Of a stretch of DNA of 64,000 bases, positions 44,537-53,394 are shown one piece after another. Source of the stretch: Planctomycetaceae bacterium (GTDB lineage Bacteria; Planctomycetota; Planctomycetia; Planctomycetales; Planctomycetaceae); assembly GCA_035949535.1 (NCBI GenBank), contig DASZIA010000650.1:45548-109547 (forward strand). The letters run 5' to 3'. Under the pieces are notes generated by a model. That model saw nothing but the letters and a program-made list of their open reading frames with translations. It was not told where the DNA came from and searched no databases. Both the position numbers and the translations under genes were made by a program. The first letter of the stretch is position 1. Every line of letters begins with the position of its first letter.

Positions 44537-44953
44537 ATGCTGGTTTTCACAAGAGTGGCGATTGGCTTGCTGGCCGTTGAGATGCTGGGATTGTCGGCGT
44601 CCGCTGTAGATGGGGTCAAGGGAATCGTTGTTCGCCCGAAGCAAGTGGCCGCGAAAGTCCAAGGTTGCACAATTGCCGAGCCCAAGCCCTATGGCGTCAA
44701 AGTCGGCGACGTAATTGAACTAGATTACACCTACCCGATCGTCCCAGGAGCGATACCACAAAAGGTGAGCATCAAACAGACACCTGGAGGCGCAATCGAC
44801 GTTTCTCCGATCGGCGTTCGGATGATCGAAGTGCCAATGATGGTTGGTGCATCGACGATCGCGTTTTTTCTTGACGCAAAGGAAGTTGGAAAGGAGACCG
44901 TAACGATCGTCATTGATGACAGCCAATACGAGTACATTTTCACTGTAAAATGA
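44537..44953 (+). CDS. small secreted hypothetical protein
   Basis: ORF track gives 44459..44953. I moved the start to ATG 44537 after GAGGAGG, giving the signal peptide MLVFTRVAIGLLAVEMLGLSASA. Confidence 0.6.
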   Translation: MLVFTRVAIGLLAVEMLGLSASAVDGVKGIVVRPKQVAAKVQGCTIAEPKPYGVKVGDVIELDYTYPIVPGAIPQKVSIKQTPGGAIDVSPIGVRMIEVPMMVGASTIAFFLDAKEVGKETVTIVIDDSQYEYIFTVK

Positions 44954-45088
44954 TGTTCAGCGCGTCGCCTCGCGGGCGTCCAACGTGCAACGTAAACGCT
45001 GTTGAGCGAGAGTCAGGGATCGTCTTCGTAAACGACTGAGTCAACAAGAGCAGCAGGTGGACTCGCCACTACGCTTACACATCGAAGC

Positions 45089-45280
45089 TTACAGTGAGGC
45101 GGCGAGTTGCAGGTACCTGATCCCAGTCGCTACTATGCGACGCGATGAGTAGCGATTGGAGTGTGTGCGCACTGCCCCGAGGTGGACATCCGCATTTACG
45201 AACCACTCGTCAAATGCCGGACTCATTTTAAGCTCAGAAAGCAACGTCTTAAGCACATCTTGTCCATCTATGATACGCAT
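45089..45280 (-). CDS. small hypothetical protein (divergent from 45362 gene)
   Basis: 63-aa ORF with protein-like sequence (MRIIDGQDVLKTLLSELKMSPAFDEWFVNADVHLG). GGAGG lies 4 nt upstream. No motif. Confidence 0.3.
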   Translation of the reverse strand: MRIIDGQDVLKTLLSELKMSPAFDEWFVNADVHLGAVRTHSNRYSSRRIVATGIRYLQLAASL

Positions 45281-45291
45281 TCATCCTCCAA

Positions 45292-45351
45292 ATGTTTGTC
45301 ACATGTTTGTACTAATATATATGTGCGCGAGCCCTATGTCAATGTGTTTGT
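45292..45351. promoter_or_regulatory. AT-rich divergent intergenic region with ATGTTTGT direct repeats
   Basis: ATGTTTGT occurs at 45292-45299 and 45303-45310, an 11-bp register. A degenerate ATGTGTTTGT lies at 45342-45351, with TAATATATAT between. This is the only strongly AT-rich stretch in the neighbourhood by eye. Confidence 0.35.
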
Positions 45352-45361
45352 GGAGGTAACA

Positions 45362-45928
45362 ATGGCAACAAGAGACGGCAATGAAGCTGATTGGGTCGAG
45401 GTGATCGGAGGCGCTTTGTCCTTTTTCGGATGCGCATTGCGGTCGGCATCATATGTGCTGGAGGGCAAAAAGTTGCAAGCCAGTGGGTTGGCTACTCTCG
45501 CTGCGGGAGGAGCATTCGCCTTCTTTCACGGGTGCACCAAGTTAAGCAAAGCAGTCGAGAAGCCTTCGACCGCGCCTCAGGGGACACGGGACGACGGTTT
45601 GTATGGCAATTGGGAGGCGGAAGGCATAAGCGGCACCATCACAATCGCTGGCCACGACAGAGGTCTACATCTTCTCGTGCCAAATAGCGTTGGCAGATTT
45701 AACGTTCTGTCGGGGGGTGCACGGAGCAATATTAGAGGACCGTTTTTCGTGACGACGGGCCTTAACAGTCAACGCCAACAGATGTTGGCGATGGGGCAGC
45801 TATCGGCTGACAACTTGATCCGCACAATGACCACTACGATACTGGACTGGGATGGGGCTCAGCCGGTGTTTTCCGATGGGGGATGGTTGGAGTTCCGGCG
45901 GCCTCGACTTGCCCTCCGGCGCGGTTGA
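45362..45928 (+). CDS. hypothetical protein with N-terminal hydrophobic segments
   Basis: ORF track gives 45161..45928. I moved the start to ATG 45362 after GGAGG. No motif. Confidence 0.5.
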   Translation: MATRDGNEADWVEVIGGALSFFGCALRSASYVLEGKKLQASGLATLAAGGAFAFFHGCTKLSKAVEKPSTAPQGTRDDGLYGNWEAEGISGTITIAGHDRGLHLLVPNSVGRFNVLSGGARSNIRGPFFVTTGLNSQRQQMLAMGQLSADNLIRTMTTTILDWDGAQPVFSDGGWLEFRRPRLALRRG

Positions 45929-46930
45929 CGTTGCAAATACTGAAGTGGCATGAGTCCCTTAAGCCCTGGTCGAGCAGGTCTTAAAATCGAGATCCTCTCG
46001 ACCGTATTCCTAGTGACCTGTGTTTGGCGACGATCGTAAAGGCGAGTCGTCCTCGGATCTGCGTGGCCGGCCAGGTATTGGACGTGTTCGAGTGCGACTC
46101 CCTGTGTCAGCAAATCGGTGACGCTCGCCACGCGGAAACCATGCGGCGAGAGATGGATCGGAAGGTCTGCGTCTTCCAACCGGCGTTTGATCATGCGGCA
46201 AAGGTCGATATTTCTGAGAGGCCGTGAGGTCAGCATTCCAGTGAGGCCGGTAACGGAGCGGAAGAATGGTGCGTCGCCTGGCACCGATCGCCAGTCGAAC
46301 GATTCGAGATAGGCCAGCAGAATGGCCTGCAGATCGTGGCGTACTTGTATCAGCCGAGATTTTCCGCCTTTCTCCGCGAAACGCAGCGCGTACTGCGGCC
46401 CGTCCCAGGGAAGTCCTTGAGCCGAAGATTCGCGACGGCTCCGGCGCGGCCGGCCGTGTAGATCAGGGTTGCAATGATTGCCTTGTCGCGGCGGCGGGCT
46501 GGCAGCGACGCGTCGATTGATTTGAATAGCGTGCGGGCCTGCTCCCCCGTAATTTCCGGCGTCTTCCCTTCGACGGCTTGATAACGCCCGCCGCGGACTG
46601 TGGCGGCCGGATTCAGGATGACGATGTGCCGGTTGACGAGCACGTCGAAAAAAAGCCCGTATCGCGGCCACCCGTAATTTCTTGGTGGGCAGGCTGCCGG
46701 CGGATTGGTCGAAGTACCTTCCGACGAGGCCCGGCGTGATGCGGTCAAGAGAGCCTCCAGAGAGCTTTCGTGGGTCGCTGCCCAGGTCAGGAATTGGCCA
46801 ACGGCGCGGAAATAGGCGTCGCGAGTGTGGCGGTTTCGGATCATGCCGCCGAAGAACTGGTCCCAGGCGAATGCTGCGGCGGGAGGCGCCTGGGTGATCA
46901 GTCGCGGAAGTTTCAGGACCGGGAGGCCCC
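45859..46930 (-). pseudogene. tyrosine recombinase (phage-type integrase), frameshifted
   Basis: Integrase sequence is split between two minus frames. FFGGMIRNRHTRDAYFRAVGQFLTWA and NPAATVRGGRYQAVEGKTPEITGEQARTLF..RRDKAIIATLIYTAGRAGAVANLRLKDF lie in the frame of ORF 46350..46844. ITPGLVGRYFDQSAGSLPTKKLRVAAIRAFF and GGKSRLIQVRHDLQAILLAY..HLSPHGFRVASVTDLLTQGVALEHVQYLAGHADPRTTRLYDRR lie in the frame of ORF 45859..47001. At least three frame switches are needed. No start codon follows the AAGGAG near 46934-46939. Confidence 0.65.
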
Positions 46931-47145
46931 TGCTCCTTAGGAACGATTAACTCCTGCGAGTCCGATGCCACGTCGGGACCGTAGCCGGTTGCACGGGTCA
47001 AGGAGTTTATGGCTCATAAAGGACGTTATTTATCGCTATCGGTTCGCCTGCCGCACGGGTCAATATGCGCCATACAGAAACGGATTGACGGAAGCCGCAA
47101 TCTGTGGCAGTCTCGCAAATGACGGGACAATCATGGAGGTGCGTC

Positions 47146-47427
47146 ATGCGAATGGATTCTGGGGAAGGTCGCCGGGTATTCGGGGCAAAGGTCGATGGTT
47201 CAGGTCGAATCGTCCTGCCGGCAGAAGTAAGGTCGGCGTTTGGTCTCCACAAGGGCTCAAAGGTCACGGTCGTTCAGGATAAGAGCGGGTTGTATATCCA
47301 AACGCCGGAACAGGCATTGCGGGCGATTCAGGAGTATTTTCAGAAGCTCGTGCCGCCAGGCGTCAGTCTTGCGGATGAGATCATCCAGGAGCATCGCGAA
47401 GAGGCGGCTCGCGAGCGCGAATCGTGA
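47146..47427 (+). CDS. AbrB/MazE/SpoVT-type antitoxin (VapB-like)
   Basis: ORF track gives 47104..47427. The start is ATG 47146 after GGAGGTG. AKVDGSGRIVLPAEVRSAFGLHKGSKVTVVQD is the swapped-hairpin AbrB motif. Confidence 0.8.
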   Translation: MRMDSGEGRRVFGAKVDGSGRIVLPAEVRSAFGLHKGSKVTVVQDKSGLYIQTPEQALRAIQEYFQKLVPPGVSLADEIIQEHREEAARERES

Positions 47428-47840
47428 GTGACGTCGTCCTCGATGCTTCGGCTGTGCTAGCGTATGCGCTCGGCGAGCCGGGCGCCGATCTGGTTCGAAA
47501 GCAGTTGTTTGGGGCGGTCATGTCGGCCGTGAACTATTCCGAGGTTCTGAAAAAGACGATCGAACGCGGGGGCGACATGGAGGCGACGGCTACCCTGCTC
47601 GCAGGAGCGAGGGTCGATGTGGTGTCATTCGATTCCCTACATGCGGCGCACACGGCGAAGCTGTTTGGGGAAACAAAGGATAGGGGACTTTCGTTCGCCG
47701 ACCGCGCGTGCCTTTCACTTGCCATCGACCTGGGCGCCGCGCTTTACACGGCGGACAAGAGGCTTGCTGGCGTCAAGGCTCCGATTGACGTGGTTTTGAT
47801 TCGGGAGCCTGTGGCGGCTGGCGCAAAGAAGCGAAAATAG
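47424..47840 (+). CDS. PIN-domain toxin (VapC-like)
   Basis: The GTG start overlaps the antitoxin stop (GTGA). VVLDASAVLAYALGEPG..VNYSEVL..LSFADRACLSLAIDLGAALYTADKRL carries the expected acidic residues and the T.D motif. Confidence 0.85.
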   Translation: MSDVVLDASAVLAYALGEPGADLVRKQLFGAVMSAVNYSEVLKKTIERGGDMEATATLLAGARVDVVSFDSLHAAHTAKLFGETKDRGLSFADRACLSLAIDLGAALYTADKRLAGVKAPIDVVLIREPVAAGAKKRK

Positions 47841-47959
47841 CAAATGCCAGAAAGGCGTCTGCCCGGACAGGTCACGCGGCACTTGATGCCGACGGCTAGT
47901 GGCCGTCTATCCAGGCAGAGAGATTAAGCCGATCGGAATCGTTTTCGAGGAAGCGAACC

Positions 47960-49834
47960 GTGTCGGAAGCGGATGTGAACGTCGACGAAAACGCCGAGAT
48001 CGTTCCCGCGCACGCGCGACGAGTCGTTCACGATGTGCTCGATCGCTGGGTCGTTAAAAAGACCGGGCCGCGACCCGGTGGGCAAGAGTTGTATGAATTG
48101 GCATCGCTTGGGCCAGACCTGTCACTTGCTCTGGCTGAGGCGATCGACGATCAGAATCCCTTCTGCGGGCTGTTGGCCGCATGGATGCTTCTCAAGCTTG
48201 CCGAGAAAGAGGACTCGTTTGCGCTGAAACGCAAATCGGCGCTCAAGCGGGCGAGCGCGGCGCTGGTTGCTGCGCTCAAGGACGAAAAGCCGGTCCTGCC
48301 ACTGTATGCGTGCATCCAATTATCCAACGGCGCAGTTCCGCGGGAGGTAGTGCCGTTGCTGACTCAATTCTTATCGCATACCGACACGGCCTTCGCCGTC
48401 TATGCCGCCAGCGCCTTGACCTGGTGCGGAGAGTTTGGCGCGCAGGCGATCCCTGTTCTGACCAAGGCTCTCCACGGGGACGACGAGTTGCTGGCGACGG
48501 TTGCTGCCGACGCACTTGGAAGGTTGGGACTTCGAAACGACGAAGCCATCTCGGTCTTGGTTCGTCGACTCAACGAGGCAAGTTCGTCGTACCAGTATTC
48601 GGTAATTCTCGCCGTGAAAGCTTTGGGGAAAGCGGCTTCTGCCGCGTTGCCCAAGCTTACTTCGATCGTCCGAAATCGTCGGGTCAACAATTTGATCCGT
48701 GCGGCTGCGGCCGAGGCGCTGCCGAGCGTTCAACCCGACTCTCGGGAAACGCGCGGCCTGTTAATGGCCTTGCTCGATGAAAGTGATTGGCTGCTGATTG
48801 AGGCGGGACTGCGGGGCTTGGAACGAAGCGGCGGAATGTCGGAAAAACTGCTCCCACGTCTGGGCGAGTTGCTGCGGTCGACGACCGACAACCATCGGCG
48901 AGTCGCTGCCCTGGGCTTTCGAATGCTGGGGCCGAAGGCTGAGACGGTCTTGCCGGAATTGATCCGGGCGACCTGTCATGAGTACAACCGTGAGGTTCTG
49001 GTGGAACTAGCTACCGCCTGCGCCTTCTTAGGGCCTGCGTCGGCAAAGCCGCTGTGCGAGGTCGTCCAGCGGGGCAACCTCATTGAGATCGGAGGCGCGT
49101 TCGTGGCTTTGGGGCTGATGGGCAAAGTCGCAGCTGAGGAGATTGCTCGCACGTTGGTTCGCGATGCCGATGAAATGGTCCGACGCACTGGGGTCGCTCT
49201 GCTTCGGACTCTGGGACCAGACGCTGAACCGGCCCTCGGAGTTCTGTCAGCGACCCTTCCGACACTTGATGATGAGCGGGCGATCGATGCACTCACTGTC
49301 ATCTCTAATTGCCAAAGCGGCGCTCTGGCAGTAGTTCCGGAAATCATATCGTGCGTGCTGGAACGGGAGGGTGCGGCGTCGAAGGCAGCTGCAGCGGTAC
49401 TGACGGGACTGGGGACTGCGGTCGTCCCGATTCTCGAAGAACTTGTAAAGAACACACCCGCAAAACACCGTCAGAAAATCGACAAGCTGCTTCAAGGGTT
49501 TCGGCCGGCGGAGCATCGTGCGTTTGAGCGGCTGCTGGCACTCAATGCCGATCACGATTTGTTGCTGTTCGTCTTCGCTGGAGAGGTCATCGAACGGGCT
49601 GGTCCGATCGGTCTACGTAAAGTCGCCAGTCGCCTGGAAAACATCAAGGCCGTGGATGACATGCAACTCCCGACGAGCGAAGCTTCCGTGCGTGAGATGT
49701 TGTCGGAATTGAATCGCAAATTGCCGGCAGCGATCAATCGGCAAACGACGAAGGGAACGTGTCTCACCGCTGAAGGTCGCGCCCTGTTGAGGGAAGCGCG
49801 CGAATATCTTCGCTGGCGCGGCCATGAAGTGTAG
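47960..49834 (+). CDS. HEAT/PBS-lyase-like repeat protein
   Basis: Helical repeats of about 30 aa recur (AVYAASALTWCGEFGAQAIPVLTKAL, ATVAADALGRLG, IRAAAAEALPSV, RRVAALGFRMLGPKAETVLPELIRA, VRRTGVALLRTLGPDAEPAL). The C-terminal 90 aa are distinct. Confidence 0.7.
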   Translation: MSEADVNVDENAEIVPAHARRVVHDVLDRWVVKKTGPRPGGQELYELASLGPDLSLALAEAIDDQNPFCGLLAAWMLLKLAEKEDSFALKRKSALKRASAALVAALKDEKPVLPLYACIQLSNGAVPREVVPLLTQFLSHTDTAFAVYAASALTWCGEFGAQAIPVLTKALHGDDELLATVAADALGRLGLRNDEAISVLVRRLNEASSSYQYSVILAVKALGKAASAALPKLTSIVRNRRVNNLIRAAAAEALPSVQPDSRETRGLLMALLDESDWLLIEAGLRGLERSGGMSEKLLPRLGELLRSTTDNHRRVAALGFRMLGPKAETVLPELIRATCHEYNREVLVELATACAFLGPASAKPLCEVVQRGNLIEIGGAFVALGLMGKVAAEEIARTLVRDADEMVRRTGVALLRTLGPDAEPALGVLSATLPTLDDERAIDALTVISNCQSGALAVVPEIISCVLEREGAASKAAAAVLTGLGTAVVPILEELVKNTPAKHRQKIDKLLQGFRPAEHRAFERLLALNADHDLLLFVFAGEVIERAGPIGLRKVASRLENIKAVDDMQLPTSEASVREMLSELNRKLPAAINRQTTKGTCLTAEGRALLREAREYLRWRGHEV

Positions 49835-49849
49835 CGCTGAACGATCTCC

Positions 49850-50284
49850 TTGACTGTCATGGCGTGGCGTCGCAGACAGAAGGCAACCATCATGTCAGAC
49901 GCCATGCCTTTTCGCCGCCAGGAACTCGCACCAAATCTTGCAACGCTCGGATTCCCCAGCGACCGAGTGACTTTGGGCCAGCTCCGCCGCCGTCAGCCGA
50001 CGATCTTTGATCAGAACAGCAAGTTTCGCATACCGGCCGGCTCGCTAGAGATCTTGGCGACAGTTCACCTGGAAAACGTCGTGGCGCGTCGCGCCTTCGC
50101 GGCTGAGTGCAACCTGGCCGACCTGTTTCCGAACGAAGATCGCCGCGAACTGATTCACTTGCTCGATGCGGAATACCGGCGTTACGGAATCTCATCAGGA
50201 ATCCACCAGACCCGGCAATTGCTTCGGGAATTGGAAGCGGCGGCCCGTAAGCAGGGCCGCGAGCAAAGCGGCCCGACAATCTGA
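49850..50284 (+). CDS. hypothetical protein
   Basis: 144-aa ORF with ordinary composition. The overlapping minus ORF 49890..50555 is Arg/Cys-rich and was rejected. A start at ATG 49892 is possible. Confidence 0.45.
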   Translation: MTVMAWRRRQKATIMSDAMPFRRQELAPNLATLGFPSDRVTLGQLRRRQPTIFDQNSKFRIPAGSLEILATVHLENVVARRAFAAECNLADLFPNEDRRELIHLLDAEYRRYGISSGIHQTRQLLRELEAAARKQGREQSGPTI

Positions 50285-50459
50285 GGGCTGACTGCCTAGC
50301 TCTTCGGCAAGCTCCTGATCTGCCCACCGCATTGATGTCCAAAGCGCGCGATCTTTCTGCGCACTTTGCGGCTTCTTGCAATTTGGAATGAGATGTCATT
50401 CGACGGTCACATTCGGCAGTCCTTGAGAAAAGGAAGAAAGAAACGGGAGGAATTTCGAG

Positions 50460-51044
50460 ATGGCAACGGCAATGGCAGCGAATCCGCAGGGGAACAACGA
50501 TCCGTTCAATGCACGTACCGGGATCAATCTCTTGGGCTTGTTTGCCAATGCGCACGCGACAACGGTCACCCCATTCCTACGGCGCGGCTTCGGAAGCGAA
50601 GCACTCGGAGTCAACGGTGTTGCCGCGTTTGTGCTCATCTTGTTGTACGCGGGGGCGACCAATTCGCCCGAGATGATCTCATTTCTATGGGTGTGGTTGA
50701 TGGCCGTGGCGTGCCAACGCGTTTACGGCTTCCGTCAGCGTGCGAACGGCATTGTCGTGCATTCCCGCTACGCGGGATGGCCTGAAGTGGGGATGCGTTT
50801 CGCGAAAACCGAAAAGGTGGCGCTCAGCGTGATTGAACCGCTCGTCTGTGTGGTCGTGGGTGGGTGCCTCTGGTCGTTGTCTGAGGCGCTTGGCCGCTTC
50901 ATCTTGCTGGGTTGTTTCTCATTGCTCGTGAGCCGCGGGCTCGAGCAGCAAGTCACTAGGAATCGTGTTCGCGCGATGAACGATGCTCAGATCGAGCAAC
51001 GCTACTTGTCTGATGTTTTTAACCATCGCAGAGAGGAGGTTTGA
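50460..51044 (+). CDS. membrane protein
   Basis: GGGAGG lies upstream. There are four hydrophobic segments or so. The stop overlaps the next start (TGATG). Confidence 0.6.
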   Translation: MATAMAANPQGNNDPFNARTGINLLGLFANAHATTVTPFLRRGFGSEALGVNGVAAFVLILLYAGATNSPEMISFLWVWLMAVACQRVYGFRQRANGIVVHSRYAGWPEVGMRFAKTEKVALSVIEPLVCVVVGGCLWSLSEALGRFILLGCFSLLVSRGLEQQVTRNRVRAMNDAQIEQRYLSDVFNHRREEV

Positions 51045-51292
51045 TGTCTGAGAAACCGAAGATCGGTGCCGGGCACTCGGAGGCTTGGCTCAGAAGTGGA
51101 GTGAAGGAGCTGACGCAGGTTCTGCCGGCGTTCCCAGGACACACAGTCCAGCCGGTTGAGGAGCCTGGCCTTACGGGGAATCTGACCCCGCAAGAAATCG
51201 TGCATGGGAAGAGTCAGTACGAGTCCATGCTCGATGGCTACGCCCAACGTGGGGCAGGCCGCGAGCAGCAAGAGAAAGGCATTGAGCGATGA
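51044..51292 (+). CDS. small hypothetical protein
   Basis: ORF track gives 51041..51292. ATG 51044 follows GAGGAGG and overlaps the upstream stop. Confidence 0.5.
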   Translation: MSEKPKIGAGHSEAWLRSGVKELTQVLPAFPGHTVQPVEEPGLTGNLTPQEIVHGKSQYESMLDGYAQRGAGREQQEKGIER

Positions 51293-51498
51293 GCACATTA
51301 ATTCTGTTGTGCCTCCTAATCTTCGGCGTGAAGGCCGGGATCAAGGCGTATCAGGAAGCCGAAGTGCGGAAGACCAACCCAGACGCGTGGCTACGGCTCC
51401 GGGAGATGGAGCAGCAAGAGCGGATCATGAAGCGCGAGGTGATAAAAAACGTCGCGGGCTTCGGCCTCACGGTCGCTCGGATGTTTATGGACAAGTGA
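51289..51498 (+). CDS. small membrane protein
   Basis: There is an ATGA overlap with the upstream gene. The N-terminal helix is STLILLCLLIFGV. Confidence 0.5.
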   Translation: MSTLILLCLLIFGVKAGIKAYQEAEVRKTNPDAWLRLREMEQQERIMKREVIKNVAGFGLTVARMFMDK

Positions 51499-51570
51499 GA
51501 TATTTCAGTTCGTTCCTCGGTCGCCCCACGTGGGGAGACCGAGGGATGAGCACAACCAAGGAGACAAATC

Positions 51571-51771
51571 ATGTTCGCAAACGATCTCGATTCCGACCGC
51601 GAGAAAGTCCAGTCGACGCTGATCGACCTAATCGCCGGTGCTATGGCGGTGTTCTTGACTCTGAGCTGGTTCAAAGGCGTCGTGCAGGCCATCCGGGGAG
51701 AGCTGAAGGGGGCTGCTGATAAACCCCGGATGACGATCATCGAAAGCTTGGCCAAACGGATTGGAAAGTAG
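51571..51771 (+). CDS. small membrane protein
   Basis: 66-aa ORF with a central hydrophobic helix LIDLIAGAMAVFLTLSWF. Confidence 0.4.
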   Translation: MFANDLDSDREKVQSTLIDLIAGAMAVFLTLSWFKGVVQAIRGELKGAADKPRMTIIESLAKRIGK

Positions 51772-51829
51772 TTGGCCTCAAGGCAAATGGGATGGTGAAG
51801 TTTCAACTCAGCATTGAAAGGTCTGATCG

Positions 51830-52630
51830 ATGAACGAGCAAATTCAATATCTGCCCATTAGCAAGATCGTGTGTGAGCGGCAGGTCCGCGATCACATCGA
51901 CGAGGCATCGCTTCAGGAGTTAGCACTCAAAGAAGTAGGGCAACTTCAACCGATTCGCGTCCGTAGGGTAGGCGATAAGTATGTCGTCGTAGATGGGGAG
52001 CGACGTTTTCGCGGGGCGAGCTGCGCCGGATTTCAGACGATCGCGGCCATCATCGAAACGCAGGAGTTGGATGAGGGACAACTTATCCGCCGGCAACTGA
52101 TCGCCAATTGTCACGAAAGGCTAAAGCCGATGGAAAAAGCTCGCGCAATTGCACGGCTCATGGAAATATCGGGCTGGTCGGCGTCTGAGTGCGCGAAGCG
52201 GTTGGGCATGTCGAATGCCAGCGTGAGCCGATTGATCGCTCTACTGTCGCTTCCGGCGCCGATTCAAAAGCAGGTCGAGGACGGAGTGATCCCGAGCAGC
52301 GCGGCGGCGGAACTCGCTCGCGTCGATGATCCGGCAAAACAGGCGGAACTTGCGGAGCGAATCGCTGACGGCCGGCTGACCCGCGATGGCCTGAGCGGAG
52401 AGCGGAAGGCAGCCCGCAAGAACGGCTCAAACGGGGCGAAGTCAGCTGCGAGCCGGGCGACGGCGGTGCTTGATCCGAAGCGGGCGGTGACGGTGTCGAG
52501 CGAGCGCCTCGACCTCGAATCGTTTCTGCAAATTCTCGAGGAGCTTGTCGCCAAGGTGCGAAAGATCAGACCGCGAGGAATCGGGCTATCGACCTTCCTC
52601 AGAATCCTGAAAGAAGAAGCGAAAGCCTGA
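51830..52630 (+). CDS. ParB/Spo0J-like nuclease-domain protein
   Basis: LQPIRVRRVGDKYVVVDGERRFRGA is the ParB N-terminal GERR box, followed by the HTH-like SASECAKRLGMSNASVSRLIALLSLP. Confidence 0.85.
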   Translation: MNEQIQYLPISKIVCERQVRDHIDEASLQELALKEVGQLQPIRVRRVGDKYVVVDGERRFRGASCAGFQTIAAIIETQELDEGQLIRRQLIANCHERLKPMEKARAIARLMEISGWSASECAKRLGMSNASVSRLIALLSLPAPIQKQVEDGVIPSSAAAELARVDDPAKQAELAERIADGRLTRDGLSGERKAARKNGSNGAKSAASRATAVLDPKRAVTVSSERLDLESFLQILEELVAKVRKIRPRGIGLSTFLRILKEEAKA

Positions 52631-52663
52631 GACGGCGAGCCACCCAAGCAAAGGCGACACGCC

Positions 52664-52816
52664 ATGAGCGCACTCATCAACGGATTGCTTTGGAACGTGT
52701 TCTTCTTCAACGCGGGCGTGGGCATCGTGCTGTTGCAGTTGTACGCGTATTTGAAAGCGAATCCGTGGCGCGTGACCTATTGGGCCGAGCGATTGCGGCG
52801 GTTCCTCTCTAGGTGA
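52664..52816 (+). CDS. possible 50-aa membrane peptide
   Basis: My own reading, since it is below the ORF-track size cut-off: MSALINGLLWNVFFFNAGVGIVLLQLYAYLKANPWRVTYWAERLRRFLSR. It fills the gap between the ParB gene and the HTH gene. Confidence 0.3.
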   Translation: MSALINGLLWNVFFFNAGVGIVLLQLYAYLKANPWRVTYWAERLRRFLSR

Positions 52817-52850
52817 AGGTCTGCGTGGTCGAAGTAGCCGGAGGCAACGC

Positions 52851-53069
52851 ATGTCGACGATTGAAAACCTCATGACGGTCGAGGACCTCGCCAAATTGCT
52901 TCACGTATCGGTGCGTACGGTGTGGCGACTGCGGCGAAATGCGAGTTTGCCGCGTCCGGTGAAAATCGGCGGCGGCGTGCGATGGCGCATCAGCGACGTG
53001 AGAGCGTGGATCGAACAGGGCTGCAAACCGGAGATGTCAGAGAACGAGGCAAGCGGTTGTCGGGAATGA
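52851..53069 (+). CDS. excisionase/AlpA-type helix-turn-helix protein
   Basis: MTVEDLAKLLHVSVRTVWRLRRNASLPRPVKIGGGVRWRISDVRAWI is the typical MerR-like excisionase HTH. Confidence 0.8.
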   Translation: MSTIENLMTVEDLAKLLHVSVRTVWRLRRNASLPRPVKIGGGVRWRISDVRAWIEQGCKPEMSENEASGCRE

Positions 53070-53366
53070 TTGATGGCATCGCCAGCCGCGCGGCGGATGG
53101 CGGAAGGAAAGTCGGAAGCGATGTTGACCCCTCGGCAAGCGGCTCAAAAAGTCGGTGTCTCCGTCAGCCTCATCTACGCATGGGTTGAGGGAAAGCTGCT
53201 CCCGCATTACAGGGCCGGCCTCAAAGGGCGCGGCGGCAAGATCCTGATCGCCGAGGGCGATCTCCTCGCCTTCTGGGAAAGCCTGAAGATCGAAGCCGCT
53301 CCTGCCGAACGCAGAGCGGCAACGGCACCCAAAGGCAAACTCAATTTACGGCACATTCGTATTTGA
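53070..53366 (+). CDS. second excisionase-type helix-turn-helix protein
   Basis: MLTPRQAAQKVGVSVSLIYAWVEGKLLPHYRAG..KILIAEGDLLAFW. The true start may be ATG 53073 or 53097. Confidence 0.7.
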   Translation: MMASPAARRMAEGKSEAMLTPRQAAQKVGVSVSLIYAWVEGKLLPHYRAGLKGRGGKILIAEGDLLAFWESLKIEAAPAERRAATAPKGKLNLRHIRI

Positions 53367-53394
53367 TGTCACGGAATAAGGACTGAGCACCGAA

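Noticed and set aside
45221-45262. Candidate far-end att repeat (TTTTAAGCTCAGAAAGC versus GGTTAAGAGTCAGTTGC at the tRNA junction).
   Set aside because: Only about 11 of 15 positions match, with a gap. The segment lies inside a plausible small ORF, and no T-arm-like sequence follows. It is too weak to call an element boundary.
49890-50555. 221-aa minus-strand ORF.
   Set aside because: Its composition is Arg/Cys/Pro-rich. It overlaps the more protein-like plus-strand ORF 49850..50284 and the ribosome-binding region of 50460.
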